From: Savitreella phatthalungensis
Taxonomy: Eukaryota
Direction: 5' to 3'
Assembly (NCBI GenBank): GCA_051599415.1
Contig: AP039697.1
Coordinates: forward strand, 62,001 to 126,000
Length of the DNA stretch: 64,000 bases
In this document: positions 23,490 through 35,463 of the stretch, one piece after another
Layout: every line of letters begins with the position of its first letter
Position numbering within the stretch: the first letter of the stretch is position 1
Position numbers and translations under genes: made by a program
Notes under the pieces: generated by a model
Seen by the model: the letters and a program-made list of their open reading frames with translations, nothing else
Told to the model about the DNA's origin: nothing
Database searches by the model: none

Positions 23490-26328
23490 TCACGACAGCA
23501 ACTCTCGCAGCGTGCCCCTACATGTCTCGGGTGTTTCCCCGCTAAGATCCCATGCCATAAAACGCTCCAGCAGCTCGTTATCATTGTACGGTGCTCTTCC
23601 GGAGCTCATTGGCTCTGTCGACGTCAGCAGCTCTCGCAAGGATGCTCTGCCTTCCAATAGCCCATCGTAGATCCTGCGTGCGTGAGCGACAACTTCCTCA
23701 GGCATACCTGCCAACACGGCGCAGTTGATACCGAAAGATTCACCCGACGGTCCATCCGCCAACTCATACAGGAACGTGATATCACCGGTCGCCTTGGCTG
23801 TGTCGACGAGCACACGCATGTGCATCAGCTGCATCTGAGCGTTTGGTGCTAAGATGGGAGAGGTGCCACGGAAGAGCTCGTGAAAGTGCGTTGCCACGAT
23901 TGTCTTGGGCTTTGGACCATCTTCGATAGTCAGTCGCTGAATCACCGCACCCAACAATGCTGCACCATTCGAGCTCAGCGTACCGACCCCGAACTCATCT
24001 ATCAGAACAAGCGACCTGTCGGTCGCGAGCCGCAGGATTGCCTCGACCTGATGCAGATCACGGAGAAATGACGATCTTCCTGATCGCACGCTTTCAGGTC
24101 CTGTCGGCAGTCGCACAAGGATCCGATCAGTCAAGCCGATTGTCGCCTTTGCTGCAGGCACAAAGCAGCCCACGTGGGCCATCAGCACAATCAGCGCCAC
24201 CTGACGCAGGTATACTGACTTTCCAGAAGCGTTGGCACCTGTCAGAGCGACGAGACTCGGTGGGTCTCCATCGTCAGTAACGCGTCCGCCAGCTAGCGCC
24301 GTCGGGTTGTCGATGAATTGCTCGACATGGAGCTCGTGCACCGGATGCCTTCCACGCTCAATCATCAATACGTTCTCCTCAGCGACCTCAGGTCTCACCC
24401 AGTCGTATCGCTTTGCAGCATCTGCGAGCGCCGCAAGGCAGTCTAGCTCAGCGATTGCGTCAGAACACTCCACCAACAGCTCCCTGAAGCCCAACACGCG
24501 CGTCTGCAGCTGTACCAGCAGCTCGATCTCCCGATCAAGCAGATTGTTATGCACGTCGCCGAAGTAGTCGTCAAGCTCCTGCATGCGTGGACTCTTGAAA
24601 AATACAGTTTCGGCGGTGCTGAATAGCAGAGTCCATGACTCGTGGGCGACTAAGGGTCTAGCGATCTGCTCGGTCTCCACACGCTCATCTGCTGAAATGT
24701 CGTTGGGGACAGCAGTAAGAAATCCATGATGAGGCATGTACGTGCAGCTTATTGCCTCTTTCGCCTCATCTGACATACCATTGCACTCTTCAGCGATGAT
24801 CTCCTCGCGAATGCGCGACAAGATCGCATCAAGCTGGTCATACACCCGGATGTGCTCATCGAGTTGATCGTCTACGCCGCGCTGCAGAACAACGCGGGAC
24901 TCGTCTTTGCAAGAGTCAAAGTCGATCTGTTTAGTCAGCTGATACTGACCCCAATCACTTGATTCTCATCTCTCATACCGTCTCCTGGACCATCACACCG
25001 ACCTCGCGCAACCGTAGCGGATCAAAGATGTGCAGCATATCCGCGAGCACCTTTGCACTATGGACGTCGTCTAGCTCGGTGAGGATCTCACGCAGCTTGC
25101 ATATGTGGTATGCAAAGTCGACAATTGCTGCCCAATCCGTGGCGAGTTTCCGCGAGCTCTGAAACTCACCTGCCAGGACAGCATGACATGTCCTGCGCAT
25201 GTCAGAACACTTGCCGAGAATGTTGCGGATCGTCTTTGTCGAAGCCTGGTTACCAGCAGCTAGCAGACAAGCAATGGCATCGTGGCGTTGGCGTATTGTT
25301 TCGAGGTCAACACAAGGAGCACGAAACCAGTCACGTAATCTTCGCTTCCCATGCTGTGTCTTACCGATGTTGACCATGTCGAACAGGGAATCGGGAGTTC
25401 GATGCTTGTCCCGCTTGCCTCTCATCATCTGCTGCCGAGCCGAGGGAAAGACCCCGAGTACCTCCATAGTCTCGGTCGAGATGCCCATACATTGGTCAAG
25501 GACCGCGAGTTCAATCACGCGAACAAAGACGTCAAGATAGACAGTATCATCAGCCTCATCCTCCCAAGACCGTCGGCGCAGGAGGTACAGCACTAGCGCC
25601 TGAAGGCAACCAAATCCAGCAGACGTATCTGTTGCTTCTATCAAGCCGCGTAGCGCGAGCATCATCTCCTGCCGCTGGACCTGCTCATCTGACTGGTCTG
25701 GAGGACCCAGCTCGAGCTGCAGACGGTCTTCCGGCGACGTGTCTCCTCTGACAAGCGCTTCCACCGCTCGAAGACCCAGCACTCGATTTGACAATCGGTC
25801 TTTTCCAAAATCTGCACCTGGACGAATGTCAACCATGCGGATGGTCTGCAGACACCGCATGTCATGATTCGGAAGACTTGGACGTTGAACTCTACCGTCA
25901 TCTGCCGAAGTGCCTTCGTCAGCAGCTGGAGTCGATGGATCTTCCGTCAGCTTCACTCGCGCATCTTCGACGAATGACTCTGCCGCACGAATTGACACTA
26001 CAACGAGCGATGGCTGAACTGTGAAGCACAACCTCTCGACAGGATCGAATGGCGGGGAGATACCGCAGACATCTTGGAGTATTGTGACCTTCCGCTCACC
26101 GCTGTGATAGATCGCTGCGCCAAGTCTGTTCTGGCGCACGTCGAGAACGATGATGGCGTCATTGATCGATGAAGCTTCATCTTCTCCTCCTGCTTCGCTT
26201 CCACCTTCCCAAGTATTTGCACCACTGAGGGACGATCTGTCAGGAACTTGACGCAAATTCTTCTCCGTGAAGGCGACAGGAGGATTTGCATCGCTCGCAG
26301 ACCAGGAGATTGGTGCCGTTGACGACAT
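23490..26328 (-). CDS. MSH5: Meiotic MutS homolog 5; 2 exons
   Basis: Intron 24927..24978 (GTATGA...GCTGAC...CAG) joins ...VQET to IDFDSCKDESRVVLQRGVDDQLDE. Walker A TGANASGKSVYLRQVALI, Walker B SLVLIDEFG, ATHFHEL, SFGINCAVLAG. No mismatch-binding domain I, which fits Msh4/5; the motifs favour Msh5. Confidence 0.88.
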
Positions 26329-26550
26329 ACGAGGTTCAGTGCTAATCACAGTCTCTAATAGTCGTCACCCATCATGATTACTGACATCTTATCGTCCAAC
26401 ACGGGATTCAGAAGTTTCAGATAGACCGCAACAGCTGGATCTCTGGGTGGCGAATCGATCGATGCATGTGGTGAAGGGTGTGTCATTAAATTTAAAAGGG
26501 TTCTAGTCAAGAGACGCAGCTCGTGAATATGTACATGGTCAAGGAAAAGC

Positions 26551-27480
26551 TCATGCGTAAGGGCAAGTGATGTTGTACTTGAGCTTGCGGTCGACGGTAA
26601 ACACGCCCCATGAAGTCTCAGGCAGTGCAATACCATTGTCGCCTGTGGCTACTGGCTTCCAAGGCTCATCGAACGCCTCGAATGCGAACACATTGGTACC
26701 CCACGCTAGCATGCCGCAGACAGCGTCCTTCCAATACGTCTTTGCCACATCGAGTCCCGGCTTCGCTGCATCGTACGCATTCCCGTCAGTCGGCCACCCT
26801 GTCTCACCAACCCAGAACAACTTGGACGAGCCGGTGACTCGTGCACGTAATTGGACGACGCCGAGCGCCTGCATGATGTCGTCGATGACTGAGTTTGTCA
26901 TATTCTGGAGATCCTGACCCTGCCAGAAGGAGAAGGCATTCGCCAACACAATATCACTAGCATCGATCGCCGGGTATGCATCTCCCTGAGCGAGAACGTT
27001 CCAGGAATCTGCAGTCCCCACGGGCACAGAAGCCCCCAGACCCGACATGAGCGTCCGGATCTCACTGATTTTCGAGGCAAGCTGGGTGGCGGTCATGTCC
27101 TTGCGGTAGAGCGCTTCGCTGCCGACTGTGACGCTGTGGATGCTGGACTTTGTCTGTGCGGTGGTGAAGTTTCGAAGTGCTGCCTTCTCGAGATTGTAGT
27201 GGGCGTCGTCTGTGGGCCAGACACCGAGCATGACCTGAACTGCCGGAGATGATGCTGCAGCTGCAGGCATCAGGTACTTCATAGTCTCACAGTCGCTGAC
27301 ACTGTATATACGCACCAACTTTGTGTGTGCTGATAGGACCGCCAGATCGGCAGCGTAGTCTGCTGTGTTTTTGCATGTTCCATCAGCACGCTTTGAGCCG
27401 AGGGCGAATCCGAGCTGGCCAGCAGATGATGCCGCCAGGGCAGTAGTCAGAAGACTTGCCAGCGAGATGACAAACAACAT
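26551..27480 (-). CDS. BGL2: Secreted GH17 beta-1,3-glucanase/glucanosyltransferase (Bgl2/Bgt1-like)
   Basis: Signal peptide, LGFALG...GTCK, VGSEALYR (acid/base Glu), GTADSWN, ANAFSFWQG, VGETGWPT (nucleophile Glu), FEAFDEPWK. Confidence 0.93.
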   Translation of the reverse strand: MLFVISLASLLTTALAASSAGQLGFALGSKRADGTCKNTADYAADLAVLSAHTKLVRIYSVSDCETMKYLMPAAAASSPAVQVMLGVWPTDDAHYNLEKAALRNFTTAQTKSSIHSVTVGSEALYRKDMTATQLASKISEIRTLMSGLGASVPVGTADSWNVLAQGDAYPAIDASDIVLANAFSFWQGQDLQNMTNSVIDDIMQALGVVQLRARVTGSSKLFWVGETGWPTDGNAYDAAKPGLDVAKTYWKDAVCGMLAWGTNVFAFEAFDEPWKPVATGDNGIALPETSWGVFTVDRKLKYNITCPYA

Positions 27481-27876
27481 GATCTTGAGCTTCTTGTTGA
27501 TGAAGCGTCCCTTCTTTAAAAGAAATGAGCCTTTCGGTGACGACGTAGGAGATGCCGCGGACTTTGGCTGCCGTACTTTGGGAAACGTTCCACATCCCTG
27601 CCGGGAGGAATGCTCCTGCGATGGGGCTAATTTTGACTGACATCAGATTGGCAAATAAACTTGTTGCGCGGCAGAAAAAACGCCTCTGTTGACTTTGGCA
27701 ACCGTCTCGAATAGAAATGGAAATTGTGTACTAATTTTAGCAACAGCAAAATTGAAGCTCCCTATAGAGACAAGCGGGGCATCGAGCGGCGAGAAAACGG
27801 GCAAGGATCCAGTCAAGGTAGATGAAAGATGTAAGTGATCCGATGAGTCCTACAACCCCAATTAAGCGTTTGTCGC

Positions 27877-29600
27877 CTAGCCACTGGTAAGGCCTTCGAG
27901 TGAGGCACCTTGAATAGTTCCCTGGGTACCGCCGCTGAGCTTGACATTGGATACCTGGAGGTTGGTGCAGCTAGCGCAGACGACATGGTATTGCTGGTCC
28001 GTCACGGAACCAGAAATATCCGTTGCTAGCAGATTCGACACCGGTACGCCGCCGCCAGGGTTTCCAGTCGATCCTCCGTTCTGGTAGTCCTGCTGGATGA
28101 CAAGTCCCATCTTGGCGTTGTTGATCTGCACATTCGACCACTTGACATTGCTGACGGAGCCCTCCTTCGCGTTTGCAATAGTCTTGATGCGCAGGCCGTT
28201 GAGTGCGTTCTCGATTGTACACCCAGCAACGGTGATGTTGCTGACTGTATTGTCGCTTCGGCCACCGACAGAGCCAATACTGTAGCCATGCGGCGCTCCA
28301 CCGCAGAAACAGTTACGAACGACAATATTCTTGCCAGAATTGATGGCGACGCAGTCGTCCTGGACAATGATGCGTGAGTTTGTGATCGAGACCGTGTCCG
28401 AGCTGCTGATGTCGAAGCTGATGGTCAGTCATGGTCCTGATGAATCGGTAGCAAGACCTACCCGTCTGTGTTGTGGCCCTGAGAGGCGCCTGCCGTGTTA
28501 TCAATCGTGATATTGTTGAAGTGTGTGTTCGTGGCTTGGACGGAGAAGCAATGGACGGGCTGATTGATGACAGAGAATCCATCGAGCGTGCTTCCCGAGG
28601 TCACAACACGCACGAATTTGGGCTTCGTCTTGCCACCGTTTCCGCCTTTGCCATCCCAGTCTGTTACGTGTCAGTGGTTGATCGTGCAGATATAGATTGA
28701 TCGAGACATACACTGTGCGCCATTACCATCGAGGACGCCGCCTGTGGACTGGATGCGAAGATTGTTGCCAGAGATCTCGACAAGCGGCCCTTCCCACTCC
28801 GCATACTCGAAGGAAATTGTGCCTGCGATAGTAACCACTGTGCCGTCGGCCAATTTGGTGAGATCCAGGGGCTTGCCGCCAGGGATGGACATCGACTTGA
28901 GAACGATGGATTAGGACGACTTGCATACAGCGATTTGGTCATAGGAGCTCGCCACACAGGCGCCGTCGGTCGAAGTATTTGGTGTCGCGCTGCCGGATGC
29001 GTCTGCCGCAGCTACAGTGCTGCCGATGGTCGAGCTCGGACTCGTGTTCGGGATCGTGCTTGGACTCGTGCTGGGACTCGTGCTTGGAGTCCAGGCATCC
29101 ACGTCCGCGACATTTGCGCTTGGCGAGTTTGTGCCTCCCGCATACACACTCGCTGGCGTCGGTGTGCCAGAATGAGTGGATGCGGCTGCAAAGCTGCCGG
29201 CAGCCGGAGTCGAGAAAGCAGGGAAGCACATTCGTGTGCCACACGAACCTGATGCTGTGAAGCCCGGCCTGTTGTCCTTCTTCGAGGATGATGGGCTAGG
29301 AGCTGCCATTTGGTCAGTTTATACGGACGAAGGAGATGAGCGGATTTGCTTACAGTTCGAAGGCTTGCCAGCAGATCCGTGACCAGAATCCTTATCTTCA
29401 TTGTGCTTGTTCCAGACGTTCCAAGGGAAGAACATGCGGGCTCTCAAATTTGGAGCAGCAGCAGGTCCTCGGGCGGCATCACGATGCTCGTAAGCACCTG
29501 TCATGCTTTCGATGTTTCCAGCCTGCTGGACATCGAGCGCGACGGCTTGAACAAGAGCCGGCAGTAGTGCAAGTACGGAGGACGTGGCGAGAAGCTTCAT
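27877..29600 (-). pseudogene. GH28 endopolygalacturonase with Ser/Thr/Pro-rich N-terminal extension, interrupted by an in-frame TAA (pseudogene, or rescued by a 33-nt intron)
   Basis: Signal peptide from ATG 29600. Introns 29303..29353, 28661..28711 and 28418..28461 restore one frame with YWDGKGGNGGKTKPKF, HNTDGFD, QDDCVAINSG, PHGYSIGSVGG and GLRIKT. TAA at 28911..28913 lies within CKSS*SIVLKSMSIPGGKPLDL. Confidence 0.8.
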
Positions 29601-32600
29601 TACGTGATGCTGCAGGGAGATCCGACTTGTCGACCTTGATAGCAGGTAAACTTTGTGAAGCGTCCTGGTGTACTCATATAGTCATCATGACGCTCAAAGA
29701 GGAACACCTGCTGACCTGGTTCTGTAGCACGCACTTGATCAATCGCCGGGCTCTGATGAGACTTTCGATGTTCGCCAAACGCGTGTTCAGACCTCGTGGC
29801 AAGAAAAGGCAGTCGTGGTAATAAGCATGCAATCCTTGACCTTGCAAGGTATGTGGTCACTAACAGAGTATTATATTGTTCAACATCATCGGAATGGGAA
29901 TTCACGAGAGCACTGGAGGCATATACTACGTGCTGTAGACGTGACGCGGGCCATTTGAGATATGTTTCGCTTGGACGTCGGATGCCTGACTACCTAGATG
30001 CCATCGTAGGTGTAGGCATTAGAGTACAGATTATGTGCCATGTTCGTAAGTGGCCAGGTGGGATGTTTGATTGGCTTCAACGTTCACTCGTTCTAGACGC
30101 TGTACAATTTGATCACATTTTGATTCTAAAAATGCCTCAGATATTTCCAATTGCTAAATTTTGTGTTTGCTCGATAGATCATCCGCGCGAGCACAATTGT
30201 GTGTCCAATTAGATTAAGATTGACGCACGTGCAGACAATCTAGACTCTGTTATACGCCTGAAGATGCATAGATCAGAAGAGACTGACAAGTCTAGTCAAG
30301 TCTAGTCCAGTCGAGTCAGGTCATATTCCATCAATCAACCCGCGACAGCCTTGGAAAGGAGTGAGACGCGCTTTCGGTTTGCGACGAATGGGTGATATAT
30401 CGTTGTACATTTGCCACTAAGATCCTCAGACACGTGTACATACATCAGTGTTACGTAGAATGTATGAGTTGTACGATCAATCATCTCCGAGCTCAGTTCA
30501 GATGCACAATATCTGTCACACACCTCATGCTTGGCAACCCAATCTCGCGTTTTATCTGCATATACTGCCATGTGCTATGGTGAATGCTATGAGGTCACTG
30601 CTGCTGTCTATGATAGGCATCTCAGACGAGCATCGTATGGTGCGACCATCTCCATGCTCGCATCATGACTCTCGGCAAGACGATCGATATGCAGATCATC
30701 TCGCTTAACTAGGGTGATTGAGCGTTTGTCGAAATGGCAGTCGAAACACTACACCCTGTTGCATATATCTGTACATTGCATTCGACTGCGTGGCATTGAA
30801 ACTGGCATTCCTCATCGCTCACTCCAGGTCGTGATCAATGAGCAATCCCGATAATGGTTTACATGGTCAAACCTGCTCCCTCTGAATCTCTCCTTCATCT
30901 ACAGCTTTGCCGCATTCCGTGAATGCTGCTATCAGGTGATCCATAGCTGTAACTTAGTCGTCGTAGAGTCACGGGACATGATCGGATTCTGTGCTGGACC
31001 ACTGGCTCTGAAAGGCTGAGATGACCCTCAACCCACAACGATCCGAATGTCTCTCGGTACATCATGCGGCTTGTCTCTCGCTATCGTCTCGGACAAGAAT
31101 TTAGCGAATAACAATGTGGAAGAGCTGTTGACAAAGATACCCATGACATCCAGGGTGTTGCCACCCGCGTCGCGTGGTTCTTGTGTCACTCTTCCGCAGT
31201 CAAGAGCTATTTGAAGTCAGGTCAATTTGCTTGATAGCTGCAGCAGGATGTTGAAGAAGGAGAGATGCTTGATCCGGCGTCATCAATACGGCGTGTGACC
31301 CGATACCACCGATGCAGAGACTTAGAAGAGCAGTTGGCCTGAATGACTGAATATGTTGTTTCTAAGGTCGGTAGAGATCTATCACATCCGCGGAAGACGG
31401 CGACCAATTGGACACCGACAGAAGTTCATCTTCTATAACGATGACCTCGGTGAGATTGAAAACTTTAATCCTTCCTCAGACATTCGCAGATGAAAACTAT
31501 TCAAGAGCATATCTAGGGTTTTCAACCAAGGGCTAACCGGAAGCGGCCGTTGACCCATAACAAATTCCCTCGACCATCTCTCTCTCAAATTAGCTGAAAT
31601 TTGATCTGCTCGAACCACTTGCAGCTAGTTCTTGTGAAAAGATATTCCGGCAGATTTTGTTTCCTGAAGGGCTCCTTGGACTAGAAACTCAACTTCCCGG
31701 TATGCTTGTTTGCAAGCCTCCTCCGCCGCTACCAATTCGTGTTTGCTATCAGGCTGTACTTGGATCGTCTGAGCAATCATGTCCTTCTCCCGCGAACGAA
31801 GCCGGAGCAGTAAGCAACTCGGGTATCCTTTGACGACTGCAAACGGGTTTAGCTCTGCTGATGCTCAACCATGTATACTCCATCAGAGTATCTTCTTGAT
31901 TGACCTGGATCTGATCTCGAAGTATCGTATGACCTCCCCCCCTTTCTTCTCTCTTCTTCCCAGAACCGGCGTGATCCTGTCTTCTCCAAAACATGTACTA
32001 CAAGCCTTGAAAATCGCCTGCTCCCTTGGATCGCCGGTACCAGTTCGATAGCTCGTACGTCCTTAGCAAGCCTCCTTCGCGGAATCTAGGGTAAGTACTG
32101 CCGACACATCTCGGGATTCCCTTCTTCGTCGATACATACACCACCTGTCACAACAGCCAGTGACCCTTGACGCCGTGATGTCTTGCTACTGTACAGCCGC
32201 ATGCTTTCCCCTGTCCTGACAGATGTGTCTCTGTGTCTTCCCCTCCGTTTCTCGGTTTCTCCGATCTGGGAAAAAATGGTAACTTGACATATCATCCGTT
32301 ACCAGCGAGAGCATCATGACCGTGGCGCTCAGAAGCGCCTACACAGCCTCTCTGAGCGCAAAAGACTTTGACAAAGGAGACGCAACGAAAGCAGAGAGTC
32401 GACGAGACAGACAGGCTCACGACTCTAACTCAAGGAGAGACAACATCCATTGCAAAAAGACCCCGGAGCGAGCAAGCAAACACCAGTTTCCCTTTACGAC
32501 ATAACAAGCGCCAGCGCCTCAAAAGTCACCACTCACGTCAGAGGACAAGGTTGCGCTTGTCATATACTACTTAGAGGACCTCACATCCCACTGACGAGCT

Positions 32601-32756
32601 ATCACTTCGCCTCGACCCTAGTCTTGCAGGCATACGCGACCATCACGCATCTTTATCAAGGCAGAAGGGGCAGTTACGCTATTATTGTGTGCTTCAATTA
32701 AATTCATCAGAACACGCGCTAATTGATCAACCGGATCATAACCACGGCCTAGAAAG

Positions 32757-34181
32757 ATGCACTTCACGAAGACATTCACATCAGTAGCGGCCTTGGCCAT
32801 TGCAGCACAGGTCAATCCTGTTGCAGCCATCTCGTGGCAGGACTTCTTGGCTGGCTACGGTCTCGTAGGGACGCCGCAGCCGCGTAGCTCCTCGGTTGTA
32901 ACAACCGTCACAACTACTACAGCCAAGACATCCAGCTCCACTAAATCATCCTCCTCCTTATCCTCCTCTTCCTCAATCCCGCAGGCCAAGAGCTCGACAT
33001 CGACTCTCATCGCCATTACCCTCTCGGCCAAGGTCACAACCACGAGCTCAGCACCTGTGGCCGTTGTACCGAGCAGCGCTCCTGTGCCTGTGGTTGTCTC
33101 GAGCAGTCCAGCAGTAGTGGTTCCTAGCAGCACGACGACCATCATTGCCGCCACTCCGAGCAATCCAGTAGTCGCTCCAGCATCGTCATCATCAACTCCA
33201 GTAATCCTTCCAGCATCTTCATCTCCAGTAATCGCACCGGCATCGACCTTGTTGCCAATCTCGACCTCCTCGAGCATCCTTCCTGCGGTCTTGCCTTCGA
33301 GCTCTTCTGCACTCGCTACGCTCGTCACTGTGTCTGTCCTCCCGGCCGCCAGCTCGACACTCGCCATGAGCGCCTCCAGCATCCTGCCAGCTCCCGCAGC
33401 TTCGAGCGCGCCTGCCACCGGCGGCAATTCCAACGTCCTCTTCCCAGCATACATCTATCCTGACGCCGGCGCATGGCAGCCACTCTACAACGCCCTTCAG
33501 GCCCACCCAAACGTCGACTTCCACATCATCATCAACCCGAACTCTGGTCCAGGTGGTGCAAGCCCTGACGCAAACTACGCACAGGCCCTCAACACGCTTG
33601 CCAAGTACCCCAATGCTGTCCTGCTCGGATACGTCCACGTTTCTTGGGCCAAGCGCGCACAGAGCGACGTACAGTCAGACGTGTCGACATACGTAAGCTG
33701 GCTCAGCCAGGGCTTCAGCCTCGACGGTATCTTCTTCGACGAGGCCCCCGCAGACTCTGCCTCGTCCTCTCTTCAGTACATGGCTCAGGTGGCAGCCTTC
33801 GCACGGCAGTCGTACTCGAACGCTGGCACACCCGGAGCCATCGTCTACTACAACCCTGGCACGATCCCAGACCTCGGCTACTACCAGTCTGCCGACTACA
33901 TTGCGGCCTTCGAGGACTCGTACACCAACTGGCTGACCGCCGCTCCGAGCTTCGCGCCAGCAACGACAGTGCTGCCAATCAGCCAGACTGTCGCATTCGT
34001 GTACGGCGTGCCAGCTGCCTGGAACCCTGCCAACACAACTTCATTCGTGCGATTGCTCGACACAACCGACGGCTTTGGCTCGGTGTTCATTACCAACAAC
34101 CCCGGCTCGGCCGCCTACAACTCCTTCGGCTCGAACTGGCAGACTTTCGTCTCTGCCGTTGATGCCATCAACAGCTCTTAA
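32757..34181 (+). CDS. sph3: Secreted spherulin-4 / GH135 alpha-1,4-N-acetylgalactosaminidase (Sph3-like) with Ser/Pro/Ala/Val-rich linker
   Basis: Signal peptide, about 180-aa low-complexity linker, then PAYIYP...WQPLY, IINPNSGPG, LGYV, LDGIFFDE (catalytic Asp motif), YNPG, AFE. Confidence 0.88.
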   Translation: MHFTKTFTSVAALAIAAQVNPVAAISWQDFLAGYGLVGTPQPRSSSVVTTVTTTTAKTSSSTKSSSSLSSSSSIPQAKSSTSTLIAITLSAKVTTTSSAPVAVVPSSAPVPVVVSSSPAVVVPSSTTTIIAATPSNPVVAPASSSSTPVILPASSSPVIAPASTLLPISTSSSILPAVLPSSSSALATLVTVSVLPAASSTLAMSASSILPAPAASSAPATGGNSNVLFPAYIYPDAGAWQPLYNALQAHPNVDFHIIINPNSGPGGASPDANYAQALNTLAKYPNAVLLGYVHVSWAKRAQSDVQSDVSTYVSWLSQGFSLDGIFFDEAPADSASSSLQYMAQVAAFARQSYSNAGTPGAIVYYNPGTIPDLGYYQSADYIAAFEDSYTNWLTAAPSFAPATTVLPISQTVAFVYGVPAAWNPANTTSFVRLLDTTDGFGSVFITNNPGSAAYNSFGSNWQTFVSAVDAINSS

Positions 34182-34276
34182 TGACCTCTTATCATATCAT
34201 GCATTCGTCTCCACGTAGGCAAAATTACATACTGTACAAGCTAAGCTTCCCCATGTATTGATTGATCCGCCCATGC

Positions 34277-34918
34277 TCATGAGCTCATTCGCTTCGTCAT
34301 GCTGAGCTGCTGCTCGAGAGCGAGCCGCTTCTCGAACGCTCTTCGCCAGGCCACGGGTAATGGCGATTTCCGCTTATTTGGGAAATCATACATGACGAGA
34401 ACCTCTGTACTGGTGCATGCGATCGCGGTGGCCTCTTCCTTTGCCGGTGCGTGATCGTTGTACTCGCGCACAATCATCCCGGCCAGCGTGAAGCTCGTGT
34501 TGCCGACCTTCTCGATCCTGTACCCTGTGGCAACGACATCGTCCCTCGCCAGCTGCGCTCTGAAGTCCACCTGCGTCAGCTTCAGCACTGGAGCAACACC
34601 TGTCGGTCCAGAGAAGTCCGTCCCGAACGACAGCCCTTCACCTGCGATCGACGCCTCCAGCTGGTCCAGGAAGTGGAACCGACCGGTCTCGAGGTACCTG
34701 AGGTAGCGTGCGTTGTTGACGTGGCCGTACGGGTCCAGGTCGCCCCAGGGTATCCGCTGCCTGAATGTGTTTGTGCCGAGGAAGCCATGTGATTCGAATA
34801 GCGCGCGCGTCAGAGGGCGTTCTGAGGTGAAGGAGGTATCGAGCGCTGTAGCGGCTGAGTTTGCCGTGGATATCAGCCGCCTGGTCGACAGACCCAGCCT
34901 ACGCAGTGCAAGGGTCAT
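34277..34918 (-). CDS. Hot-dog fold thioesterase (4HBT-like), probable mitochondrial presequence
   Basis: Motif IPWGDLDPYGHVNNARYLRYLETGR; Arg/Ser/Leu-rich N-terminus MTLALRRLGLSTRRLIS. Confidence 0.85.
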   Translation of the reverse strand: MTLALRRLGLSTRRLISTANSAATALDTSFTSERPLTRALFESHGFLGTNTFRQRIPWGDLDPYGHVNNARYLRYLETGRFHFLDQLEASIAGEGLSFGTDFSGPTGVAPVLKLTQVDFRAQLARDDVVATGYRIEKVGNTSFTLAGMIVREYNDHAPAKEEATAIACTSTEVLVMYDFPNKRKSPLPVAWRRAFEKRLALEQQLSMTKRMSS

Positions 34919-35463
34919 CACTGCTGCAGCTCAACAGAGCTGATGGATGTGTGGATGAGTCTCAAGCACCTCAGACACACTCACCTAGAGATAGACCCCA
35001 CACTAAAGCTCCACAGTGGGACGACTATGGAAGTATCTGTCACGTGCATGCTGTCGGAAATTGACCTTTTCCGCTGTACCCTGCCCGTGCGGATATACAT
35101 GCACGTCTTGCTTGCTCCTCAAACGTCAGAAATTGCTTTGCTCTTATTCCTCTAATTAAGCACTGGAAGGATGATTTATCTAATTGTTCATCAGACATAT
35201 ATGTGCATATATGCAGTGCAGTGACAATTGAACAGCAACGCGATCAAATTGTAATATCATGTGCCCATGATCGAATCAGGCTGAATGATGTGATGTGATG
35301 ATACTGTAGTATTAGTGAGCATCTCATCTATGGCGCAATCAATCCATACCGCCACCAACCTTCCTATATAACACACCACCAGCAACGCTCTATCCTACTC
35401 TTCAGATCTTGCTTCGGACGGACTGCCTGACAACTGACCTGTTCAATAGTTCTGAAGGGATTC

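Noticed and set aside
26551..29600. GH17 and GH28 genes as members of the GAG locus
   Set aside because: Different substrates (beta-glucan, pectin), separated from sph3 by about 3 kb, and Bgl2 is a ubiquitous wall enzyme; nothing in the sequence shows linkage.
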